This document shows positions 54,373 to 62,645 of a stretch of DNA of 64,000 bases, piece after piece (positions within the stretch are counted from its first letter, which is position 1; every line of letters starts with the position of its first letter). The notes below the pieces were generated by a model. It had not been told where the DNA came from, did not search any database, and was given only the letters and a program-made list of their open reading frames with translations. The stretch is from positions 32,001 to 96,000 of the forward strand of contig CAXXXD010000001.1 of assembly GCA_963663385.2 (NCBI GenBank). The letters run 5' to 3'. Position numbers and translations under genes: made by a program. Source of the stretch: Oceanispirochaeta sp. (GTDB lineage: Bacteria > Spirochaetota > Spirochaetia > DSM-2461).

Positions 54373-54455
54373 GGATTTTCCTTTTTTTAAAACTGTGCTA
54401 TGACAGTATAATCCACTTTAGGAATACGTAAACAGATTTCTTTTAAACCCTTGAA

Positions 54456-55202
54456 TTACAGATTGGAGAGTTCATCCCGGGAAACTTTCGCCTTAAGATC
54501 CGGATCGGCGGAGCGGATAATTTCCGGAAGGTCCCCGATTGCCCCGAGTTTGTCATCCCGGATAATTAAAGCCCCCCCTATGCCGTCAATAGATGCAAGC
54601 CGGTTCAGAACTTCCTCGATGTCGGCATCCGGTGTTACAAGATTCCCCCCCAGGGTGGCAGCTGCGTCTGCCAGGGAGGCGTCATTGGAGAAGATGGTCA
54701 CAACATCCGCATCCCCCAGGCTCAGGGAGTGGCCCATCCGCCCCGAGGAAGAACAGACCGCCAGGGGCATCATATCCGATGAAATTTTCAGGGCCAGAGG
54801 GCCGAACCGGTGGTTGGGGCCTGTAAAGAGTCCCAGGATAACCGGTTCCCGGCAGTCCAGAAAGAGATCCCCCCCGTTCTCGACAATACTTTCCGGAGAT
54901 CCGCAGCGCCGGGACTCTTCCGCCGCCAGCTGGGCCATGGTACCGGCAACGGCAGCCATCGGCCCCAGACCGCTGGCCAGGGAGGCCCTGTGCATACGCC
55001 GGACGGATTCGGGGGCGTTATCCAGATCCTGTACAGAAAGATTCAGAGGAACAAGGGATGTGGAAAAATCCGGACAGCCGCGGATAAAAGCTTCCAGATT
55101 ATGACGGTCCTCCAGAATACGATTGGTAACGCATTCCCAGGCGGAGGTATGGATATGAAAATGGGCGTCCTTGTAGTGGAATTCCCGGATATTCCGCTTC
55201 AT
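54456..55202 (-). CDS. UPF0280 / ApbE-like protein (COG2122)
   Basis: GPMAAVAG, VENGGD, CSSSG.MGHSLSLGDAD, ADAAAT..GN. Confidence 0.88.
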   Translation of the reverse strand: MKRNIREFHYKDAHFHIHTSAWECVTNRILEDRHNLEAFIRGCPDFSTSLVPLNLSVQDLDNAPESVRRMHRASLASGLGPMAAVAGTMAQLAAEESRRCGSPESIVENGGDLFLDCREPVILGLFTGPNHRFGPLALKISSDMMPLAVCSSSGRMGHSLSLGDADVVTIFSNDASLADAAATLGGNLVTPDADIEEVLNRLASIDGIGGALIIRDDKLGAIGDLPEIIRSADPDLKAKVSRDELSNL

Positions 55203-55248
55203 ACATTATCCTGCCGGCAAATAAAAGGCTGACTATCCGGCTTATTAA

Positions 55249-55677
55249 TTAAAACAGAGAGGAAACCGCACTGTAGGGACAGACCTTTATACAGCTGAGG
55301 CACTCTATACACTCTTCCGATTTAAACACAATTTCCATAGTACTGCGGTCAGGGATGGAAAGGGCATTGGTGGGACAGTGGGGAACACAGCTGCCGCACT
55401 GGGCACAGCGGTCCTTATCCCATTGAACTCCCGTATGGGTAGTATTGATACGGATGTCAAACTCTTTTATAAATTCAATACCCTTTGCAATATTCTCTTC
55501 CGTCCCGGTAACGTCCAGCATCAGAAAACCTTCCTCATCCGGGGTAACCTTGGCTCGGAAGATATTTATAATCAGATCATAATCCTTGACCAGGTGGTAG
55601 ACAATGGGCTTTTCCGCTTCGCATTTGGGAAAGTACAGCATCAGTTTCTTGGTAATTCTTCCGTTTCCGCTGCTCAT
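55249..55677 (-). CDS. NIL-domain 2x[4Fe-4S] ferredoxin (MA1822-like)
   Basis: PIVYHLVKDYDL.INI..A.V NIL domain; CxxCxxCxxxCP twice. Confidence 0.88.
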   Translation of the reverse strand: MSSGNGRITKKLMLYFPKCEAEKPIVYHLVKDYDLIINIFRAKVTPDEEGFLMLDVTGTEENIAKGIEFIKEFDIRINTTHTGVQWDKDRCAQCGSCVPHCPTNALSIPDRSTMEIVFKSEECIECLSCIKVCPYSAVSSLF

Positions 55678-56858
55678 GCATTACCCTCCTTCATGGGTTT
55701 CATCCCCTGCTCGACAGGCAGGGCGGCAATGGGAGAGGAAAGCAGGAATTTCCCGTCCCGGATCTCTTCCTTCAGAATAGCCGCTATTTTCCGGGCCCCC
55801 GCATAAGAGGAGAGTCCTCCCGTTTCAACCTTCTTTCCATTCAATTCGATCTGACCGGACTTTAAATCCTCATAGTTCACGGTACCCACCACATTACCGT
55901 TCCGTTCGGGGTAATCCTTTGAATAATCAATAACCTGGGCCATAATGTCCCGATCCCGGATGGTCGTCTGCAGGAGCATCTGTTCATCCAGGATGGGGAT
56001 GGGGATGCCCACTCCCAGTGAAAGGGATACGCCGTACCCCTTGAAGCTCACTCCCCTTACAAATTCGGATCGCATCTTTTTCATATCCCCCGTCAGGGCC
56101 AGAGTTCCCGCTCCTTCCGAGGGGACCCCCATAACACCCCGTTCGCATGTCGGACAGTGCTGGGTCCCTTCCGAATAGACATGCCCCTGAGCTCCGGCCA
56201 GCCAGACCCGGGTTCCCACACCGATGGTCCTGTAGAAAGGATCATTCAGAAGGGGAGAGAGCTGCCCGGCACTGGAGTAGCCGCAGTTTTTCATATTAGC
56301 CTTGAGATACCCCAGATAGGTATGAATGGGTTTATCTGAAGTATTAATAGCTACATTATAGTTCTGATAACAGTTGCGGGGGTTTACCATAACCGCCTGA
56401 TTCAAATCGTCAATGGTAAAAGTGGTTCTAAGTTCTTTCCGGGGGTACTCATCCGTTCCGTAGGAAAGGGCGAACAGCTGAACTTCTTCACCGGCGACCA
56501 GTTTTTCAATAACATGCCCGCCGCCGAACCTGAATTCCCCGGGGTAGTCCGTATTGGCCGGATCATTTGCCCGCAGCTGGGTGGCTCCCATATACAGGTC
56601 AACCGCGGCGATCCCGGAATAGGCCAGTACATCATCCAGCCAGGCCTCGGTTATCCGCATCTTCGGCTTGCTGTGTCCGAAGTTCAGGAAACAGCCGGAG
56701 GAACACATGGGACCGAATGTGGCGGTTGTCACGACATCCACCTCTCTGGCAGCCTGTTCCACCCCTTTTTTATCTACATAATCAATAACTTCCTCAGCCG
56801 TCAGAACAACGGCCTTTCCGGAGCTGATTTTTTCATTAATCTGTTCAACCGTCTTCAT
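55674..56858 (-). CDS. DUF39 homocysteine biosynthesis protein (aspartate-semialdehyde sulfurtransferase, MA1821-like, no CBS domain)
   Basis: VDVVTTATFGPMCSSG, GGGHVIE, NPRNCYQNY, SSAGQLSPLLNDP, GVGIPIP. Confidence 0.9.
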   Translation of the reverse strand: MKTVEQINEKISSGKAVVLTAEEVIDYVDKKGVEQAAREVDVVTTATFGPMCSSGCFLNFGHSKPKMRITEAWLDDVLAYSGIAAVDLYMGATQLRANDPANTDYPGEFRFGGGHVIEKLVAGEEVQLFALSYGTDEYPRKELRTTFTIDDLNQAVMVNPRNCYQNYNVAINTSDKPIHTYLGYLKANMKNCGYSSAGQLSPLLNDPFYRTIGVGTRVWLAGAQGHVYSEGTQHCPTCERGVMGVPSEGAGTLALTGDMKKMRSEFVRGVSFKGYGVSLSLGVGIPIPILDEQMLLQTTIRDRDIMAQVIDYSKDYPERNGNVVGTVNYEDLKSGQIELNGKKVETGGLSSYAGARKIAAILKEEIRDGKFLLSSPIAALPVEQGMKPMKEGNA

Positions 56859-56950
56859 GGTTATTCAGGATATCGGATTCAACAGAAAAAATCGAGCGGA
56901 ATTCGTTGCTTTAGATGCAATTTATCGGAGGGGTAAAACCAGAGAGTTGC

Positions 56951-57054
56951 TTCTCCCAGCCCCACTCAATCTCCCCAAAGGGGAGACGACAATTCAGTTC
57001 CCCTCCTTTGGAGGGGTCAGGGGAGGCCGGGGGAGATCGAGAGGGGTCAGGGAA
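56951..57054. repeat. GC-rich nested palindromic REP-like element
   Basis: Hairpins TCTCCCC-AAA-GGGGAGA and CCCCTCC-TTT-GGAGGGG inside outer arms CCCCACTCAATCTCCCC/GGGGAGATCGAGAGGGG. Confidence 0.65.
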
Positions 57055-57805
57055 CTGTATAACCCTCCAGAGGCAGATCTTCCGTCCGGATCAGTCCGGC
57101 TTCAAGCTGCCTGATAATCCCCATGGCATCGCTCAGGGACCGGATAACAACATCCGCCAGCATCTCACCCAGCAGGGTATGTTTTCCGCAGAAGTGTATT
57201 TCCGGACCGTATCCGGAAAAAATCAGGATGGAATCCGTTCCGGTCCCGCTGGCCCTGCGGCCGGAAACGGGGCTTATCACATCAAAGTCCAGAAGGGTCC
57301 AGGCCCGGGATTCCGCAGCCAGCATCAAAGCTTCCGCCATAGCGGATTCACTTAAGGACGCATTGGTTCCCACAACCATATTGATTGTCCCCGAACCGGC
57401 CTGATGAGCTTCCAGTTCCAGGCAGTCCGCCGGATCTCCCGCCGCCCGGGCGTTTGTTGTTCCCACAGTCATACCGCAGAAAGCATACAGTTCGGATTCC
57501 TGCCTCAGACGCCAGCGGAAACTTTTCATGGAGGCGGAGGTCATCATCCCTGCCAGGGGCTTCCCCAGCCCCAGTTCGCACGCTTTTTCTTCAAGCGTTA
57601 TTTCCGGTGGTTCAAATCCGCCGTATTCATCTGCCGTATTGTGATCCACCAGCAGATTCAACAGGGATTTATGCTTACAGCGCCCTCCGCCGTACAGGGC
57701 GGAAGAGAGGGTTTCGACCGGCTCCTCCCATTCCAGGCAGACACAGCTTTTGTCATGAATCACCTTCATATTGAGAGATCCCATACTGATATTAAAGCTA
57801 CTCAC
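57047..57805 (-). CDS. cbiZ: Adenosylcobinamide amidohydrolase (start moved to GTG 57805)
   Basis: LSSA..GGG, GMMTSASM, TVGTTNA, GTIN, ASGTGTDS, GKHT.LGE. Confidence 0.85.
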   Translation of the reverse strand: MSSFNISMGSLNMKVIHDKSCVCLEWEEPVETLSSALYGGGRCKHKSLLNLLVDHNTADEYGGFEPPEITLEEKACELGLGKPLAGMMTSASMKSFRWRLRQESELYAFCGMTVGTTNARAAGDPADCLELEAHQAGSGTINMVVGTNASLSESAMAEALMLAAESRAWTLLDFDVISPVSGRRASGTGTDSILIFSGYGPEIHFCGKHTLLGEMLADVVIRSLSDAMGIIRQLEAGLIRTEDLPLEGYTVP

Positions 57806-58610
57806 TGACAGACCTTCCCGTTTTTTTTCTGCCGGGGCCCAGAATGGGCAGCCCCTCCGGCCAGGGGGGAGTATAGTAGGCCATTTCCGTACCATAAACC
57901 TGACGGACCCGATCGGGGGTCAGTATGTCCTTAACCCTGCCGGCTCCCGCACAAATCCCGTCTTTCATCATAATCACCTTATCCCCATGCAGAAGGGCCT
58001 GGTTCACATCATGCAGAATGGCAATTACCGTTTTACCCCGGCTTGCCTGTTCCCGCAGCAACCGGAGAAGGGTTTCCTGATGGCAGAGATCCAGATGATT
58101 GGCCGGTTCATCCAGCAGAAGAACCTGCGGGTCCTGCAGAAGAACCCGGGCCAGGAGCACCCTCTGATACTCACCGCCGCTCAAACTGTCAACTGGTCTG
58201 TGACGGAACTCCGTAAGATCCGACTCCGCCAGAATATCATCCAGCCTCCTATGGCTGTCTTTCCCTTTCCTTCCGTAAAAACCTTCATGCCTGTAAGCTC
58301 CCATCCGGACAACATCTTCCACAGAAAATCCAAAGGGGGTTTCATTCAGCTGCGGCACAAGCCCCACAAGGGAAGCCCGCTCCCTGTCGTTTACGGAGGA
58401 GATCTTCCGGCCATGGATACGGATCGATCCTTTCTCAGCCTTAAGCCGTCCCCGGATAAGAGAGAACAGGGTGGACTTCCCCGAACCGTTAGGCCCCAGA
58501 ATGGCCGTAAACTCGCCCTTATTCATTGCCAGATCCTTAAGCGAGATCCGGAATCCTCCGGGATAGGAAAAACTCAGATTTTCAAGTTCGACACTCTTCT
58601 GACCATCCAT
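57798..58610 (-). CDS. btuD: Cobalamin ABC transporter ATP-binding protein
   Basis: GPNGSGKST, LSGGEYQR, LLLDEP.NHLD, LHDVN; in B12-riboswitch operon. Confidence 0.82.
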   Translation of the reverse strand: MDGQKSVELENLSFSYPGGFRISLKDLAMNKGEFTAILGPNGSGKSTLFSLIRGRLKAEKGSIRIHGRKISSVNDRERASLVGLVPQLNETPFGFSVEDVVRMGAYRHEGFYGRKGKDSHRRLDDILAESDLTEFRHRPVDSLSGGEYQRVLLARVLLQDPQVLLLDEPANHLDLCHQETLLRLLREQASRGKTVIAILHDVNQALLHGDKVIMMKDGICAGAGRVKDILTPDRVRQVYGTEMAYYTPPWPEGLPILGPGRKKTGRSVSE

Positions 58611-59638
58611 CAGGGAAGCCTCCTGGATTTAACATACTGCTTCAGCAGATAGAGAAAGAAAGGCCCCCCCATCAGGGCGGTAATAACACCCACCGGGATC
58701 TCTGTGGGAGCCATAAGGCTCCGGGCCACCAGATCGGATAGGATCATCAGGATCGCACCGGCCGGTAGGGAGAGGCTCATAACCCGGCGGTTTTCCGAAC
58801 CCGCCACAAAACGGACCATATGGGGGACCAGAAGTCCTGTAAACCCGATGATCCCGGAAAAAGAAACGATAGCCGATGTAATGATACAGGCGATTACCAA
58901 TAGGAGAAGCCCCTCTTTTTCCGGGTTGATCCCCAGAGAGTGGGCTTCTTCGCTTCCCATGGCCAGCAGATTAAGCTCCCGGCTCTTAAACAGCAGATAG
59001 CTGACTGTCGGGAAAAGAACGATTATAAGGATTGTTATCCTGAGCCAGTCCGCGCTGCCGAAACTGCCCATCATCCAGAAGATGATCCGCTCCGCCCGGT
59101 CCCGGTGGAGCATCATCAGAAAGGAGACCCCTGCCTGGGCGATATTACTGAAGGCTATCCCCGCCAGCAGAAGGCTCCCTACATTCCCCCGGGAGCGACC
59201 GGCCACAGCCATGATAAACACCATGGTCACCAGACCTCCCGCAAAAGCAGATACGGTTACTCCCAGAACCGGAAAGAACAGCACCGGCAGATTAAGCAGA
59301 AAGAACAGGGCGGCCCCGAAGGAGGCTCCCGATGAGATCCCCAGCAGATAGGGTTCCGCCATGGGGTTCCGGAAAATCCCCTGAAAAACCACACCCGATA
59401 CGGCCAGTCCCGCTCCGGCCAGACCGGCATAGATGACACGGGGAAGGCGGATCTTCATCAGGATGGTGCGGTGGGAATCACTCAGGCCGGATTCCCCCAG
59501 ACTGCCTATAAAGCGGAGAATATCCCGCGGGGCTATGGAGACGGCTCCAATGGAAGCGGCCAGGGGAATCAGCGCAGCCAGGATCAGCAGGAGAAGAGGC
59601 ATAATCCATGTGCGGTTCGACGGATTACTGCTATTCAC
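58610..59638 (-). CDS. btuC: Cobalamin ABC transporter permease (FecCD family; start moved to GTG 59638)
   Basis: IRLPR, FRNPMAEPYLLGISSGA, GIIGFTGLLVPH, EIPVGVITA..GGPFF. Confidence 0.85.
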   Translation of the reverse strand: MNSSNPSNRTWIMPLLLLILAALIPLAASIGAVSIAPRDILRFIGSLGESGLSDSHRTILMKIRLPRVIYAGLAGAGLAVSGVVFQGIFRNPMAEPYLLGISSGASFGAALFFLLNLPVLFFPVLGVTVSAFAGGLVTMVFIMAVAGRSRGNVGSLLLAGIAFSNIAQAGVSFLMMLHRDRAERIIFWMMGSFGSADWLRITILIIVLFPTVSYLLFKSRELNLLAMGSEEAHSLGINPEKEGLLLLVIACIITSAIVSFSGIIGFTGLLVPHMVRFVAGSENRRVMSLSLPAGAILMILSDLVARSLMAPTEIPVGVITALMGGPFFLYLLKQYVKSRRLP

Positions 59639-60605
59639 GGATACCTTCGAACAGGAGAGCCAGGGTTTCAAGTCCATCAATCAGACGGGGCCCCTGACGG
59701 ACAAGCATATTTTCATCCAGCTCATAGATCCGCCCCTCCTGCACGGCCCGCAGATCTTTATAAAGGGAAAGAGAGGTAAAGGATTCTTTCTTTCCCAGAC
59801 CCAGAAAGATAATATCAGGATCCCGTTCAACCAGTATTTCTTTTGAAAAGGACCAGCCCTCTTCGGTTGCGATATTCTCGCCCCCGGCCATGGCAATCAT
59901 ACTGTCTATAAAAGTCCCGGCCCCGGCGGTCCAGTCTCCCCCGTCTCCGAAACCAAGGGCATAATAGACGGCAGGCCTGTTATCCCGGCCTTGCACAGAC
60001 AAAAGGACCCTGTCCTTTCTCTCCATCACATCAGTCATCAGAGCCTCGGCCCTGCTTTCGGCATTCAGCAGCACACCGCAGCCCAGGATAACATCCCCCA
60101 GACCGCTGAAATCCTCAGGGCCATAGAGAAGAGCCACGGGGATTCCCATTTTTTCCAGAGTTTGAACGGTTTCCTCCGACACATGAGTCGATGCCAGGAC
60201 AAGGTCCGGTTCCATGTTGATAATCGTTTCGATATTGGGTTCCATCAGCGTTCCGACCGAGGGGACAGAAAGGGCCGCCGGGGGAAAATTGCAGAAATCG
60301 GTCCGGCCGATCAGCAGGTCTCCCCGGTTCAGGGCATAGACGGTTTCGGTCAGATTCGGCCCCAGGGAAACAACCTTTTCCGGGTAGGCAGACAGTATAA
60401 TCTCCCGTCCTTTGGAATCCTTCAAGACAATGGAACCACTAGGTTTTCCAGAAGAAGAAAGATCTGTCGTCCCATCCGGTCCATCCTCAAAAACTTTGAC
60501 TGGTGGACTATCATTCCCGGATTTTTCCGGTTGTCCGGATGAAAAAGCAAATCCATTAAGGGAAAAGATCAGGAGTATGATTAAAAATCGAAAACGGCCT
60601 GTCAT
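59631..60605 (-). CDS. btuF: Cobalamin ABC transporter substrate-binding protein
   Basis: VVSLGPNLTETVYAL, GRTDFCNFP, AGGENI, RQGPR; directly behind B12 riboswitch. Confidence 0.85.
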   Translation of the reverse strand: MTGRFRFLIILLIFSLNGFAFSSGQPEKSGNDSPPVKVFEDGPDGTTDLSSSGKPSGSIVLKDSKGREIILSAYPEKVVSLGPNLTETVYALNRGDLLIGRTDFCNFPPAALSVPSVGTLMEPNIETIINMEPDLVLASTHVSEETVQTLEKMGIPVALLYGPEDFSGLGDVILGCGVLLNAESRAEALMTDVMERKDRVLLSVQGRDNRPAVYYALGFGDGGDWTAGAGTFIDSMIAMAGGENIATEEGWSFSKEILVERDPDIIFLGLGKKESFTSLSLYKDLRAVQEGRIYELDENMLVRQGPRLIDGLETLALLFEGIRE

Positions 60606-60642
60606 AAGTATATACCTCGTATACTGAATTCAGATAATTTTT

Positions 60643-60795
60643 CATAACAGGCAGGTTTTCTGGCTTACAGATCAGCAGCTGATTCCCCCTTCCCGGTTTC
60701 CCAGTGGCGAAAGGCATAAATACCCCGGAAACAGCTTCCCTGATTACAGCGGCGGGACCGCAGAGGCATCTCACCTCACTTCCCTATCCTGTATG
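60643..60795 (-). promoter_or_regulatory. Cobalamin riboswitch (btuFCD-cbiZ)
   Basis: AGGGAA..GAGGTGAGATGCCTC..CCCGCCGCTGTAA..GCCACTGGGAAACCGGGAAGG..AAGCCAGAAAACCTGCC. Confidence 0.92.
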
Positions 60796-60963
60796 ATGGA
60801 TTCTATGAAAATAAAGGGATACACTCTTTCCTGTCAATATTGTAATTCCATCATTCCCGAAAGATATAGTCATGCCCCAGGCTGAGTAATAATTTACAAA
60901 ATATCACCAAATAATTCATAGATAATCCCTTGAAGAGAGGCTTACAATACGAAATTACTTAAA

Positions 60964-61098
60964 CAATATTTCAGAGGAAGTCAGGTGAGAAACCTGCACG
61001 GACCCGCCACTGTAAGGGCGTGACGCTTTCCGCATAACCACTGGAACAATCCGGGAAGGGCGGAGGAGTAGACCCCGAGTCAGGAAACTCTGGTATTG
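60964..61098 (+). promoter_or_regulatory. Cobalamin riboswitch (lipoprotein-btuB operon)
   Basis: GAGGAA..CAGGTGAGAAACCTG..CCCGCCACTGTAA..CCACTGG..CCGGGAAGG..GAGTCAGGAAACTCTG. Confidence 0.92.
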
Positions 61099-61192
61099 AA
61101 AAATTATTCAGGCTTCGCGGATTAAGCCGGGATATGCGTGCCCTCAAAGAGTACTGCCTGTCCTGTCTGCTTCCGGCCTAAAGGAAGAAAAA

Positions 61193-61684
61193 ATGAAAGA
61201 ATTGAAAAAGTGGATTGTTCTGCTTGCCGCCCTGTTCGTACTTTCAGGAATGATGTCCTGTGAGATGTTTGAATCAGATGATGAAGAAACCATCGAAGTT
61301 AAGGGAGAGTGGGATACGGGTTATGGTTCAATTATCATAACAGATTCAACTATCTCATGGTATGGGACAGATGGAACTCTCAGCTATGCGTACGATATTG
61401 AAAGCTTCAGCAATGACTCCTGGAACGGATCAGAAACAGGAGAAGGTGATTACGGTTATATGGTTATCAAATATACAACTGCACCAACCTGGAATGACAG
61501 CGTTAACGGATTATATAACATTTTTCGATGGCAGAACCTTAATAGTTCAGGATCACCAGCAAGCTTCGAGTATGGAGAAGCTTATCTGGATGGAACCTAC
61601 CATGAAAGTGCAAGCGAGTCAAAAAATACAGCAACATCATCTAATGGCTATTATTGGTTTTCCTCTGCTACAAAAGTTGATTAA
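61193..61684 (+). CDS. Hypothetical lipoprotein, first gene under B12 riboswitch
   Basis: Lipobox MMSC, aromatic/Ser-rich beta protein, AAGGAAG RBS. Confidence 0.78.
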   Translation: MKELKKWIVLLAALFVLSGMMSCEMFESDDEETIEVKGEWDTGYGSIIITDSTISWYGTDGTLSYAYDIESFSNDSWNGSETGEGDYGYMVIKYTTAPTWNDSVNGLYNIFRWQNLNSSGSPASFEYGEAYLDGTYHESASESKNTATSSNGYYWFSSATKVD

Positions 61685-62641
61685 ATGATTGAAAAATCCA
61701 TTAAAACAGCCCTGCTCGTCCTGACGACAGGGCTGTTTTTTTTAATAAGCAGCTGTTCAAACGATTCGTCTCCGGCATCGCCCTATAGTCCTGATACCCC
61801 GGACACCTCTGAGGATAATGATAAAACATGGGAAGAGGTCTTATCGGAGGATCCCTCCTACCCTCCCAATGTGTACCTTACAGAATTTGTCGAATGGTCC
61901 CCGGGACAGGTTGGCAGCTCACGGATGGGAACCGAATATACCGATGCAGAGGGTTATCCTCTGGAATCAGGTACGGTGAATGCCTTTGGTCCCCCTGAAG
62001 GCGGAGGATCCTATACCGGGGGCGATGGATTAACCTGCCCCATCGGGATAGACGGTTGGGCCGTGTGGAAGTTCAACCCGGACTATATCATTGTAAACGG
62101 AGAAGGGGCCGATTTTACCACCTTTACAAAGACCTGGGCCTGGAGCAGCAAGGCCGACGGTCTGTGCTGCGAACTGGCACGCGTGGAAGTGTCCGAAGAC
62201 GGTACGGTATGGTACGAAATGGATTCCGCCCTGATCCGATATGACGAAAACCCCATCCCTGCAGAAAGCAACGGCAGCTACATCTATACCAATGTGCAGG
62301 GACTGCACGGCAATGCTCCCACCTGGGCCAATTTCCGCAGGGATATGCCGGCGGAAGAGCTGCAGACAGTCGACGGGGTTTTAAAGTGGGTGGAAACGGA
62401 AGAGACCGTCAGCCGTTACTTTACGGCTGGAGACACAAATCTGGGAGGGATTTCCTTTGATCTGTCCGATTTTCACCTGAAAGGGGATCCCGCAGAAAGC
62501 TGGCCTGCCGATGGGAAAATGAGATATCTTAAGATAATAGACGACAGCTCCATCCTGGACGGACAGGACTATGCCAGAGAGTGGGCTTTGGGGGCCAATC
62601 TGATGGCTGCCATGGGGCTCCATACCGCTCCGGCCGAGTGA
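61685..62641 (+). CDS. Surface lipoprotein, possibly BtuH-like B12-binding domain
   Basis: Lipobox ISSC; WSPGQ, AFGPP.GGG, I.NG.G.DF, VEVSEDG..WYE, FDLSD, RYLKIID motifs. Confidence 0.65.
   Translation: MIEKSIKTALLVLTTGLFFLISSCSNDSSPASPYSPDTPDTSEDNDKTWEEVLSEDPSYPPNVYLTEFVEWSPGQVGSSRMGTEYTDAEGYPLESGTVNAFGPPEGGGSYTGGDGLTCPIGIDGWAVWKFNPDYIIVNGEGADFTTFTKTWAWSSKADGLCCELARVEVSEDGTVWYEMDSALIRYDENPIPAESNGSYIYTNVQGLHGNAPTWANFRRDMPAEELQTVDGVLKWVETEETVSRYFTAGDTNLGGISFDLSDFHLKGDPAESWPADGKMRYLKIIDDSSILDGQDYAREWALGANLMAAMGLHTAPAE
61703..61743 (+). terminator. Intrinsic-terminator-like hairpin inside 5' end of the second lipoprotein gene
   Basis: AAAACAGCCCTG/CAGGGCTGTTTT 12-bp perfect stem with inner TCGTC/GACGA stem and long T-run. 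Confidence 0.65.
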
Positions 62642-62645
62642 TAAT

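Noticed and set aside
57771..58652. 293-aa plus-strand ORF
   Set aside because: Typical antisense shadow of an ABC ATPase gene
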